From Gemmatimonadota bacterium (GTDB taxonomy: Bacteria; Gemmatimonadota; Gemmatimonadetes; Gemmatimonadales; GWC2-71-9): 58,537 bases of DNA. Below, piece after piece: positions 40,175 to 48,762 of the stretch. The position numbers and the translations under genes were made by a program. The stretch lies in NCBI GenBank assembly GCA_036679645.1, contig JAZDCY010000002.1, forward strand, positions 1 to 58,537. The letters are read 5' to 3'. The notes beneath the pieces are model-generated. The model saw only the letters and a list, made by a program, of their open reading frames with translations, searched no databases and had not been told where the DNA came from. Positions within the stretch are counted from its first letter, which is position 1. The number at the start of each line of letters is the position of its first letter.

Positions 40175-41020
40175 CTAGAAAATCTGCTGCCCCCCCGCTA
40201 GAATATCGTTCAGCGCCTCGGTCCAGAACCCCGTCGTGGTGGCCATATCCTCGCCCACCTGTTCGACGTACTCTCCCCAACTCTTCTGGATCTCTTCCTC
40301 GAACTCGTCCTTCAGCGTGCCTGCCGCGAGCGCTTGCTGCCGCTTGTCGGGTTGATACACGATCATGTCGGAGATGAGCGCGCGGGCGAGTCGCCGTGCT
40401 TTCTGTTTCGGATCCCGTTGCAGGAACGGATTGATGGGTTTCTTCGGTGCTTCGGGTACGGCCGCAGCGGGTTCGGGAGCCACAGGTGCGGCCGGCGGTG
40501 CCGCTGCAACGGGAGGCGCCGGCTGTGCGGGAATCACCGCTGTGTCTTCGTCGTGCGGGACGGCTTGAACCGTTGGCGGCTCCTGGGGCTGGACTACGGG
40601 AGGCGCCGCCGCGGTGACCGGCTGGTCCGGTGTTGGGCGGAAGACGGGTGCCGAGGGTCGCTGCGGTGGTGCCGGCGGTGCCTCTTCAGCTGGGGGAGAG
40701 ACGCGAGGCTGGAAGAACGGCTGTGACAGACGGGGTCCCCTCGGGGCCGCCGGCGTGGGTTCGGGGACGATTGCCACCGCTGGAGCGGCCGCTGGAGATG
40801 GTACTGCTGCGGGGGCTGGGCTCGGGGATGGTTCCGCCGCGACCGGGGCGGGCGCCGGGGCTGTGGGCGCGATCGGTACGGCGGCGGGAGCCGGCACACC
40901 GTCGGGTGCCACCGCTATGGCGGACCCGCACACGGCGCATCGAGCCCGAACACCGCCCGCCGGCACCTTCGCCGGATCGACCCGGAACACGGTCTGGCAC
41001 GAAGTACAACGGACGTTCAT
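40175..41020 (-). CDS. zinc-ribbon (MJ0042-type) protein with Pro/Ala linker and helical C-domain
   Basis: CTSC...RCAVC; long P/A-rich linker; KARRLARALISDMIVY. Confidence 0.85.
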   Translation of the reverse strand: MNVRCTSCQTVFRVDPAKVPAGGVRARCAVCGSAIAVAPDGVPAPAAVPIAPTAPAPAPVAAEPSPSPAPAAVPSPAAAPAVAIVPEPTPAAPRGPRLSQPFFQPRVSPPAEEAPPAPPQRPSAPVFRPTPDQPVTAAAPPVVQPQEPPTVQAVPHDEDTAVIPAQPAPPVAAAPPAAPVAPEPAAAVPEAPKKPINPFLQRDPKQKARRLARALISDMIVYQPDKRQQALAAGTLKDEFEEEIQKSWGEYVEQVGEDMATTTGFWTEALNDILAGGQQIF

Positions 41021-41035
41021 GCTGACATCGCCTCC

Positions 41036-41998
41036 CTAGGCGGATTCCTCTTCCTCTTCGTCGGCGTCTGTGCGACGATCGACGACAAACACGGACCCCG
41101 GTAGAGTCTTCGCGTAGCTCTTCATTTCAGTCGCGAGGCCGCTGACCTGAGCCGGATGGGTAAAACTCCGGCGTTCGTTGGTCACGATCCCAATCGACAG
41201 CGTCATCAGCGGTACGCGATACAATTGGCCGCGCCGGTCCTTCCCAAAGAAATATCCCGCGCGGCGATCCTGTTCGTTGTACTGGAATGATATCAGGGTG
41301 TCAAATACCGTGATGATTTCGTTACAGACCTCAGCCGTCTTGTCGGTGGGAAGAATCACAATGAAATCGTCCCCGCCGATGTGTCCCACGAATCCGTCGT
41401 CGGCCGTCAGTCCTTTGACGACATCACGCAGCATGCGCGAGAGAATGAAGATTACGCGATCGCCGTCGTAATACGAGTAGCGGTCGTTGAACTCCTTGAA
41501 GTGGTCCAGGTCCGCGTAGCACACGGAAAACCGGCCGCCCTGATCCAGTCGGCGCCGGATCTCGCGTTCGATCTGTGTGGTGCCGGCGAGGCGTGTCGAC
41601 GGATGAACCGAGACGCTAGTGCGGATACGCTCGATGAGGACGTCGAGCCGGCAGCGCTGCTCGGTCGGCTCGAACACCGGCGAAATGACCTCGTCGGCGC
41701 CGGCGAGGAACCAGGTCTCGGTGTGGTCCGCGGAATGACGCGAGGCGAGGACCGCGACAGGAATGACGCCCGTGTACGGGTCCGACTTGAGGGAGCGACA
41801 CAACGCCATGCCCTCGTCGTCAGACCCCTCGTCGACGAGTATGAGTACAGGCAAGCTGCGCGCCGCCGCCATCTCGACATCGACCCGCGCCGAGAGGTGA
41901 GCGACTGCGAATTCGTTCCCCTCCGCCCACGCCGAGATCAGGTCAGGTACCAGACGGTCGGCGGGGGCGAAAAACAAGACCGCCGGACGCGTCCGCAC
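41036..41998 (-). CDS. REC-like plus GGDEF-domain protein
   Basis: DLDHFKEFNDRY, GHIGGDDF; degenerate receiver; GAGGAG RBS before GTG 41998. Confidence 0.88.
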   Translation of the reverse strand: MRTRPAVLFFAPADRLVPDLISAWAEGNEFAVAHLSARVDVEMAAARSLPVLILVDEGSDDEGMALCRSLKSDPYTGVIPVAVLASRHSADHTETWFLAGADEVISPVFEPTEQRCRLDVLIERIRTSVSVHPSTRLAGTTQIEREIRRRLDQGGRFSVCYADLDHFKEFNDRYSYYDGDRVIFILSRMLRDVVKGLTADDGFVGHIGGDDFIVILPTDKTAEVCNEIITVFDTLISFQYNEQDRRAGYFFGKDRRGQLYRVPLMTLSIGIVTNERRSFTHPAQVSGLATEMKSYAKTLPGSVFVVDRRTDADEEEEESA

Positions 41999-42032
41999 CG
42001 GTCTCCTCTCTCGTAATGTCAAGCCGGCGCAA

Positions 42033-42061
42033 AACTTAGGAGTGACACAACGATAAGTCAA
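42033..42061 (-). promoter_or_regulatory. putative sigma70 promoter for the GGDEF gene
   Basis: TTGACT, 17 bp spacer, TAAGTT. Confidence 0.55.
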
Positions 42062-42067
42062 ATCGTC

Positions 42068-42928
42068 TCAGAACCGGAGCTCAACGCGAACACCCACCTC
42101 CATTGAGGCCGGCCACCGCGGGTCGGCGTCTATGTAACTCGACATCGACACGTCCCGGTCGGGCGACAGGCGATGCGAGATGAAAGCGTCTACGACGCTG
42201 AGCACGTGGTTGGCCAACAGCAGGCCAAGTTGCTGTGTGGCCGCGCGGAACGCCTCGTCGCTCTGGTCGATGGTCTGGCGAAAGAGATCCTGTTCGAGTC
42301 CGGCGTTGCGCCATGACCACTGGAAGTTGGGGCCGATCGCCCGCCGCCGGTAGAAGTTGATGGCGCGCTGGTATTCCGGCGAGTCCATCGGTGGCGGGTT
42401 GTCTGGATCGGTGAAGAACGTCTCTCGGGCCAGGGCCCAGATGGTCCCGTTGAAAGTCCGTAGGTCGTCTGGCGGCCGCAGTCGTGCGTCAGAGTCGGCG
42501 TCGAAGGGGCCGCTTTCGACGAACTGGCCCATCTGCTCGAAGTACTCGAACGACGTGTCGCGCGCCGATGGACTGAACCCGCGTCGCGCGACCACGAATG
42601 CTAACTCGAGGAACCGATCCCGCTCGCGGCGCCCTTCCCGGTTCAGGGCGATGAACCGGGTCAAGAGAAACGCCTCGGCCACAAGGTAAAGCGCGCCGCG
42701 GCTCTGCCGCCCGAGCATCTGGCCGACTCCGGGAATTGTGGCTGATGCAAGCGGTCGTACCCAGGCAGCCCGTTTCGGGTCGCTCAGGGTGCGCCAGAGG
42801 CTAGAGACAACGGGGATCCCACCGCGGCTCACCGTATCCCGCGGCTCCGGCTGCTGCGCGTGCCCGCTTGTCGGAACGGTGCCGAGGAGCGCGATGACGA
42901 TCGGTACGGCGCCTCGCAGCGATGTCAG
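42068..42928 (-). CDS. hypothetical exported/membrane protein (start uncertain: CTG 42928 or GTG 42832)
   Basis: SATIPGVGQ motif, hydrophobic segments, C-terminal alternating strand ending in F; in-frame signal-peptide-like extension. Confidence 0.65.
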   Translation of the reverse strand: MTSLRGAVPIVIALLGTVPTSGHAQQPEPRDTVSRGGIPVVSSLWRTLSDPKRAAWVRPLASATIPGVGQMLGRQSRGALYLVAEAFLLTRFIALNREGRRERDRFLELAFVVARRGFSPSARDTSFEYFEQMGQFVESGPFDADSDARLRPPDDLRTFNGTIWALARETFFTDPDNPPPMDSPEYQRAINFYRRRAIGPNFQWSWRNAGLEQDLFRQTIDQSDEAFRAATQQLGLLLANHVLSVVDAFISHRLSPDRDVSMSSYIDADPRWPASMEVGVRVELRF

Positions 42929-43908
42929 AGCAGAACGCGGAAGCTGAGATGAACCGGATCGTCAAACGTGCCGCTCTCGAAAAAGACGCGTGAGAAATCG
43001 ATTGCCACGCGGTCGAGCGTCACTCCGAATCCCACCGACGGTCCGCGCGTCTCGCCCTCGAGAAACGCATAGCCCGCCCGCACGCGCAGCACGTTGCCGT
43101 ATCCCAACTCGGCGCCGAATCGGGCATTGGGACTGGAGTACTCTCCCCACCGGTTCTGTAGATCGACGAGGATACGCGCGTCGAGGGGCTGTGGCGCTCC
43201 ACCGCTGGGCAAGGGGATCCGGTACGACATCCCGACCAGCAGCCGTGTTGGCAGCGGGTCGGCCTGCTCGCGGTTCTGGAGCTGCAGCTTGAAGCCCGCG
43301 TGGCGCACCGCCACGCCGATGCGGAGTTCCCGCGTCGAGCCGATGCTGGCCTGGATACCCAGATCGACGGCATGTGTCGTGCCGACGATGGTCTGCTGCG
43401 GCCCGCAGTCCCCCTCGCAGTCCTGGCGAAACTGAATCAGCTTGTAGGTCACGCCGATTGCGATGGGGTCAGCCGCGTCCGTGGCGTACGATGCCAACAG
43501 CTCGATGTTCTTCGGCGAGATCCGTCCGGTCGCGATCGACCCCGATCCCCGTGGCACGACCTGCTGCGCGCCGAAGTCCACGATGTAGGCCCCGATACCG
43601 ATGACACCGAGGCGGTCGTCCGCATAAAACACGGTGATCGCCGTGTTGTCGGATGCGAACGTAGACGCATGATGAATGGCGAATTCGCTGCGTTCGAGAA
43701 GGGCTAGCCCCGCCGGGTTCCAGAAGAGGGCTTCGGTGGATCCGCCGTCGGCCGCTGCCGCCTGACCAAGCGCCGTTGCGCGGCCCCCGACCGGAAGAAG
43801 CAGGAACGCCGCCCCGCCCAGCTCCGCTGCGTTACCCTGAGCGAGCGCGGGGGGCGCGCTGAGGCTCAGCGCGATGACAAACGCGACCCTAGAAGGTCTT
43901 TGCCTCAT
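42925..43908 (-). CDS. PorV/PorQ (UPF0164)-like outer-membrane beta-barrel
   Basis: Signal peptide, FLLLPVGGRATALG, FWNPAGL, VDLG, LRVRAGY. Confidence 0.8.
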   Translation of the reverse strand: MRQRPSRVAFVIALSLSAPPALAQGNAAELGGAAFLLLPVGGRATALGQAAAADGGSTEALFWNPAGLALLERSEFAIHHASTFASDNTAITVFYADDRLGVIGIGAYIVDFGAQQVVPRGSGSIATGRISPKNIELLASYATDAADPIAIGVTYKLIQFRQDCEGDCGPQQTIVGTTHAVDLGIQASIGSTRELRIGVAVRHAGFKLQLQNREQADPLPTRLLVGMSYRIPLPSGGAPQPLDARILVDLQNRWGEYSSPNARFGAELGYGNVLRVRAGYAFLEGETRGPSVGFGVTLDRVAIDFSRVFFESGTFDDPVHLSFRVLL

Positions 43909-44059
43909 CGATCAGCATGATCGGGATGTCATCGTCGATCGCGTAAATCAGGCGGCACGCGTGGCAGATCAGCGCCTCTGTGGGCTCCGTCCGATGTTCC
44001 AGTTCGCCCTTGCATTTGGGACAGACCAGCAGCTCCAGCAGCTCGGGATCGAGGCTCAT
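43889..44059 (-). CDS. Trm112/YcaR-like protein (56 aa, not in the ORF track)
   Basis: MSLDPELLELLVCPKCKGEL...LICHACRLIYAIDDDIPIMLIDEA. Confidence 0.9.
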   Translation of the reverse strand: MSLDPELLELLVCPKCKGELEHRTEPTEALICHACRLIYAIDDDIPIMLIDEAKTF

Positions 44060-44919
44060 TGATTCCCCCTAGGTGATACGGTAAACCCGAACCGTCGGAG
44101 CGCCGCCGCGTGTGCTCGCCACTTGGGGAGGGTTTTCACCCAGAGATCCAGGTATACCCGCTCTCCGAGAAATGCCTCGATCCGGCGCCGGGCATCCTGT
44201 CCCACCGCCTTGATCGTGCGGCCGGCCTTCCCCACCACCATGCCTTTCTGCGACTCGCGCTCGACGTACAGAACGACGCGAATATACAGCGGATCGGACC
44301 CTTCACGGAACTCGTCGACATCGGTGACGAGGGCGTAGGGTAGCTCCTGGTCGAGGTGACGCAGCGCAGCTTCTCGCACGAACTCCGCCACAAAGAAACG
44401 CGTCGGTTGGGTGGAAAGATCCTCAGAATCGTAGCGAAACGGACCTTGGGGAACATGGGCGCAGCACCAGGCCAGGAGTTCATCGATCCCCGCGCCCGTC
44501 TTGGCAGAGATAGCCAGCTGATCACCCGTCGGATCCTTTCCGCTCACCTGGTCCGCTTTCGCCAAGACCGTAAGCACGGGTTGATGCAGCTCCACACCCT
44601 CCGGGAGTAGCGCGGACAGCGGTGGTGGCGGTCCCTCCCCAATGGGATGGAGGTAGACGATCGCGTCGGCGTGGCGCAACTCCTCCGTAGCGGCGTCGAT
44701 CATGCCCTGCTGCAACAGGTACTCCGGTTGGAACAGTCCCGCCGGATCCACGATCAGCAACTGCGTGGTCTCGGTCGTCACCAGTCCCATTACCGGGAGC
44801 CGCGTCGTCTGAGCCTTGGGACTCGTGATGGCGAGTGGCTCGCCCACCAATCGGTTGAGGAGCGTGGATTTCCCGGCGTTGGGTCGGCCGGCCAGGACAA
44901 TGGTTCCACAATGCGTCAT
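44056..44919 (-). CDS. era: GTPase Era
   Basis: GRPNAGKSTLLN, ITSPKAQTTR, QELPY, VERESQKGMVVGK, VYLDLWVK; ATG at 44919. Confidence 0.95.
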   Translation of the reverse strand: MTHCGTIVLAGRPNAGKSTLLNRLVGEPLAITSPKAQTTRLPVMGLVTTETTQLLIVDPAGLFQPEYLLQQGMIDAATEELRHADAIVYLHPIGEGPPPPLSALLPEGVELHQPVLTVLAKADQVSGKDPTGDQLAISAKTGAGIDELLAWCCAHVPQGPFRYDSEDLSTQPTRFFVAEFVREAALRHLDQELPYALVTDVDEFREGSDPLYIRVVLYVERESQKGMVVGKAGRTIKAVGQDARRRIEAFLGERVYLDLWVKTLPKWRAHAAALRRFGFTVSPRGNQ

Positions 44920-45150
44920 GATCGCCCCAAGGTACCGGCCCATGCCGTTCCGTGCTTCCACCGGCTCAATCGCAGGGTCTGCGGCGAAGCGTAAACCATT
45001 AAGTGATAAAGTCTTAGGCGGTCGCAACCTGGCATGCGGACCTGTTCATATCTCAATCCCGTCATGCCGATGATTGAGGGTGATGCGCAACTCGTTGCGA
45101 TCTGATCCCCACGCCCGAGCGGGAGTAAGGCAGGAGGCACTACCGGCGCC

Positions 45151-47781
45151 ATGCTTGTTGAGTTGTCGTTCCTGAAGACGAGAGTCGCCCGCCGCGTGTT
45201 TGGCATACTCGTCGTCAGCACCGTAATCCCGGTGTCCTTGCTCGCGTTGTTGACCTATCGCTCGGTCAGCGGTCACCTAGCTGACGAGGGCCGCCGGCGC
45301 TTGGAGTACTCCAGCAAGGTGGCCGGCATGGCGGTGCTCGAACGGATCGCCTCCATCGATAGCGAGCTCCGGGCCGCCGCCGCCGTGCTTCACGGCCGGT
45401 CCAGAGGCACGGACCCGTCCGCGTTGACCGCCGGCGTGGCGGGTGCGATCGGCGAGCGGTTGCGTGGGCTCACGCTCCGCAGTGGCGAGCACGTCTTCCC
45501 GCTGATCGGGAACCTCGATCCGCCTGCGATTGCGGGTTATGCGAGTCACCTGGCGTCCGGACGAGCGGCGATGATCCTGCGCCACGGGGAGGCGGGTACC
45601 GACGTGCTCCTGGTCCGCGCCATCGATCCGGCTGCCGCCGAGCCGGAGCTGCTGTGGGCGGAACTCGATCCGGGGTTCTTGTGGGCCGTCGAGCCGTCTG
45701 GATCCGCCTTTGCCGACGGGGCGAACCTGTGCGTGTTCGATGTCGCCGGCCCGGTATTCTGCGCGGGTCCAGCGGACTCCGAGGCTGTTCGGTCGTTGCG
45801 GAACGCCGTGCCCAGCGGAAACCGGGGCACGTTCGAGTGGCGTGTACACGGTGAGGAATTCGTGGCGGCGTATTGGCAGGCGTTCCTCCGCTTCAGCTAC
45901 GCGCGCCCGGATTGGACGGTGGTACTCAGCCAGAGTCGCCAGAGCGTCCTCGCACCGGTGAAGGGCTTCCGCGACACATTCCCCTACGCGGTCGCCGGCG
46001 TGGCGCTGCTCACATTTTTTCTCAGCTCGGTGCTCGTGCGCAGGAGCCTCGAACCACTGCGTGAGTTGCACGACGCAACCAATCGGATTGCCGCCAGGCA
46101 GTTCGATCATCCGGCACATGTCGAGACCGGCGACGAGTTCGAGGAGCTGGCCCACGCCATGAACACAATGGCTGCGACGCTCGGTGGTCACTTCACCGAA
46201 GAGGGGCGCCTCAACGAGGCGTTACGTGAAGCCGGAGAGCGCCTGAGCGAGAGTCGGGAACGGCTGCGCACGATCATCGAGACCGCCGCAGACGGCATCG
46301 TCACGGTCGACGAGGAAGGGCATATCGACTCCTTCAACCGTGCGGCCGAGGACATCTTCGGTCGATCCCGCGACGAGGCCCATGGGCTGCGGCTGGACGA
46401 GCTGTTGGCGGTGCCCGACGAGGCAGGCGGACCCAGCTCGCGGAGCGTGTTTGCAGACGGGAGACGGGGGCCCGCTGACGTTGCTGAACTCATCGGCCGT
46501 CGGCGCGACGGGTCATGGTTTCCCGTCTCGGCGGTGTTCCGTGAGGCGATGGTGAAGGACTACCGCTTGGTGATCGGGTTCATCAGGGATCTCACCGCAC
46601 GGAAGAAAGCTGAAACTGAGAAAGCCGAGTTAGAGGGCCAACTCCGACACGTACAGAAAATGGAGACGATCGGTACGCTCGCAGGCGGCATTGCCCACGA
46701 CTTCAACAACCTGCTCACTCCGATACGTGGAGGTGTGGAGCTGGCTATCCGCCAGCTTCCGCAGGACAGTCCGCTGCTCGACGATTTGTTGCCCTTGCGG
46801 GACGCCTCCATCCGCGCTGGCGACCTGGTACGACAAATCCTCGCGTTCAGCCGTCGCGGGGATCCCGAACTCGCTCCGGTAGGTCTCAAATCGGTCGTTG
46901 CCGAGACGGTGAAGATGCTCCGCGCGACCATTCCTCGCACCATAGAGATCAAGTCATCGGTCGAGCTGGTCCCGCCGGTGCTCGGCGACGCCACGCAGCT
47001 CCATCAGGTGATCATGAATCTGGGCACCAACGCGTGGCACGCGATGGGTGAGTGCGGCGTGTTGGGGATCGAGTTGCAACTGATGGCTGGGGAGCAGCCG
47101 GGGGAGCTTCCGCCTGGCGAGTACATACGGCTACGCGTGAAGGACACGGGACACGGGATGGACGCGGTCACCGCCAAGCGGGTCTTCGAACCGTTTTTCA
47201 CGACCAAAGACGTTGGCAAGGGGACCGGGTTGGGGTTGTCGGTCGTGCACGGGATTGTCACCGCCATGCGCGGTGTCATCACGGTCAATTCGACGCAGGG
47301 CCAAGGTACCGTGTTCGATGTGTGGCTCCCGGTCGTCGAGGCCGAAAGAAAGACGGCGATCGAGGTGGCTGACCAGGTGGTTGCCGGGTCCGAGCACGTG
47401 CTGATCGTCGATGATGAGACACAGGTCGCGGACGTGGAGCGACGCATTTTGGAGCACCTGGGTTACCGGGCCACGGTGCGGGCCAGCGGGCAGGAGGCGC
47501 TCGACGCATTCCGGCAAGCACCGGCCGACTTTGACGTCGTCGTTACCGATCATGGTATGCCCGACATGACGGGATTGCAGCTCGCGCGCGAGCTGTGCGC
47601 GATCCGTCCCGACATTCGGCTCGTGCTCGCAACCGGGTACAGCGACGTCACGCTCAGCGAGAGCGCTCGCGAATGCGGATTCCATCAGCAGTTACAAAAG
47701 CCGGTCACGATCGAAGAACTTGGCGCCGCGGTTCGGCGAGCGCTGGATTGTGAGCGGAAGGAGGACGGATCAAGCGTATGA
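45151..47781 (+). CDS. hybrid sensor histidine kinase (periplasmic sensor-HAMP-PAS-HisKA-HATPase-REC)
   Basis: Two TMs, HAMP (GDEFEEL), PAS, AGGIAHDFNN, NLGTNA, FFTTK..GTGLGL, REC with D/T/K residues. Confidence 0.93.
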   Translation: MLVELSFLKTRVARRVFGILVVSTVIPVSLLALLTYRSVSGHLADEGRRRLEYSSKVAGMAVLERIASIDSELRAAAAVLHGRSRGTDPSALTAGVAGAIGERLRGLTLRSGEHVFPLIGNLDPPAIAGYASHLASGRAAMILRHGEAGTDVLLVRAIDPAAAEPELLWAELDPGFLWAVEPSGSAFADGANLCVFDVAGPVFCAGPADSEAVRSLRNAVPSGNRGTFEWRVHGEEFVAAYWQAFLRFSYARPDWTVVLSQSRQSVLAPVKGFRDTFPYAVAGVALLTFFLSSVLVRRSLEPLRELHDATNRIAARQFDHPAHVETGDEFEELAHAMNTMAATLGGHFTEEGRLNEALREAGERLSESRERLRTIIETAADGIVTVDEEGHIDSFNRAAEDIFGRSRDEAHGLRLDELLAVPDEAGGPSSRSVFADGRRGPADVAELIGRRRDGSWFPVSAVFREAMVKDYRLVIGFIRDLTARKKAETEKAELEGQLRHVQKMETIGTLAGGIAHDFNNLLTPIRGGVELAIRQLPQDSPLLDDLLPLRDASIRAGDLVRQILAFSRRGDPELAPVGLKSVVAETVKMLRATIPRTIEIKSSVELVPPVLGDATQLHQVIMNLGTNAWHAMGECGVLGIELQLMAGEQPGELPPGEYIRLRVKDTGHGMDAVTAKRVFEPFFTTKDVGKGTGLGLSVVHGIVTAMRGVITVNSTQGQGTVFDVWLPVVEAERKTAIEVADQVVAGSEHVLIVDDETQVADVERRILEHLGYRATVRASGQEALDAFRQAPADFDVVVTDHGMPDMTGLQLARELCAIRPDIRLVLATGYSDVTLSESARECGFHQQLQKPVTIEELGAAVRRALDCERKEDGSSV

Positions 47782-48224
47782 CTCGCCGAGGCATGACGGT
47801 GATCGAACTGTTGCTCGCCATGGGTATCACGGCGACGCTGGCCGCCATTGCCACTCCGCGCGTCGACCAGTACATCAACAAGGCCAAGGTCGCGCATGCG
47901 ATCGGTGATATAAGCGCGGTCCAGGTGGACATCTTGGGATTCGCCGCGGATAACGGGCGGCTGCCGAATTCGCTCTCCGAGATCGGACGCGGCGGCATGG
48001 AAGATCCCTGGGATCGCCCCTATCAGTACCTGAACATCCAGGACATGAAGGGAAAGGGGGCGGCGCGCAAGGACCGTTTCCTCGTGCCGCTGAACAGTGA
48101 CTTCGATCTGTATTCCATGGGGAGGGACGGTGCCTCGGTTCCGCCGCTTGCCGCAAGCTCCAGCCAGGACGACATCATTCGAGCCAATGACGGGGGCTAC
48201 ATTGGGCTAGCTGAGAGGTACTGA
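47778..48224 (+). CDS. prepilin-type N-terminal cleavage/methylation (GspG-like) protein
   Basis: RRG|MTVIELL class III signal with E5, DPWDRPYQY, DLYSMGRDG; ATGA overlap with the kinase stop. Confidence 0.9.
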   Translation: MTRRGMTVIELLLAMGITATLAAIATPRVDQYINKAKVAHAIGDISAVQVDILGFAADNGRLPNSLSEIGRGGMEDPWDRPYQYLNIQDMKGKGAARKDRFLVPLNSDFDLYSMGRDGASVPPLAASSSQDDIIRANDGGYIGLAERY

Positions 48225-48225
48225 G

Positions 48226-48711
48226 CTAGACGCCTCCGCGCGTCCAGATGATGTCGGACCGGTTCTTGGTCCAGATGCTGGGACGTCGCCGGGAATGTTT
48301 GTAGAAGATCTCCACCTGCTGCGCGTGCCGCCGGCTGCCGTACCAAATAGTGTACCATCCGGTGACCGACTCCGGTTCACTGAGCGCGTCCGACGCGCGT
48401 TTTGCGCGCACACGGACGATCGGAAAACCCTGTACGCTGTCAGCAGAACTGCGGAAGACGATCGCGTCGGCCGTGATCTCGAGCGCTCTGTCCGTGAAGT
48501 GTCGGGCCCGGGTCGTCCACACACCTCGCAGCACGACAGGGACGAACGCGGGATCTCCGGCCCGAAACCGCGCCACCAGTCCCCAGCCTACGATCCCCGT
48601 CCAGATGAGCATGAGACTCCAGGCGAAGAGCAGCGCGGCTGGGGGGAGTCGACGAGCGCGACGGGTCTTCCAGCGGGCGCGCCCCCACTGGGTAAGGATC
48701 GTGATCTCCAT
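48226..48711 (-). CDS. hypothetical single-TM protein
   Basis: One hydrophobic helix then a beta-rich domain; fills the gap downstream of the HD-GYP gene. Confidence 0.5.
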   Translation of the reverse strand: MEITILTQWGRARWKTRRARRLPPAALLFAWSLMLIWTGIVGWGLVARFRAGDPAFVPVVLRGVWTTRARHFTDRALEITADAIVFRSSADSVQGFPIVRVRAKRASDALSEPESVTGWYTIWYGSRRHAQQVEIFYKHSRRRPSIWTKNRSDIIWTRGGV

Positions 48712-48762
48712 ACGGCTAACGATCGGCTGCGGCCCACCGCCACTTGACCGGTCCGGGTCGTG

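Noticed and set aside
40480..40900. Apparent repeats in the zinc-ribbon gene
   Set aside because: Low-complexity Pro/Ala linker, not a DNA repeat array or CRISPR.
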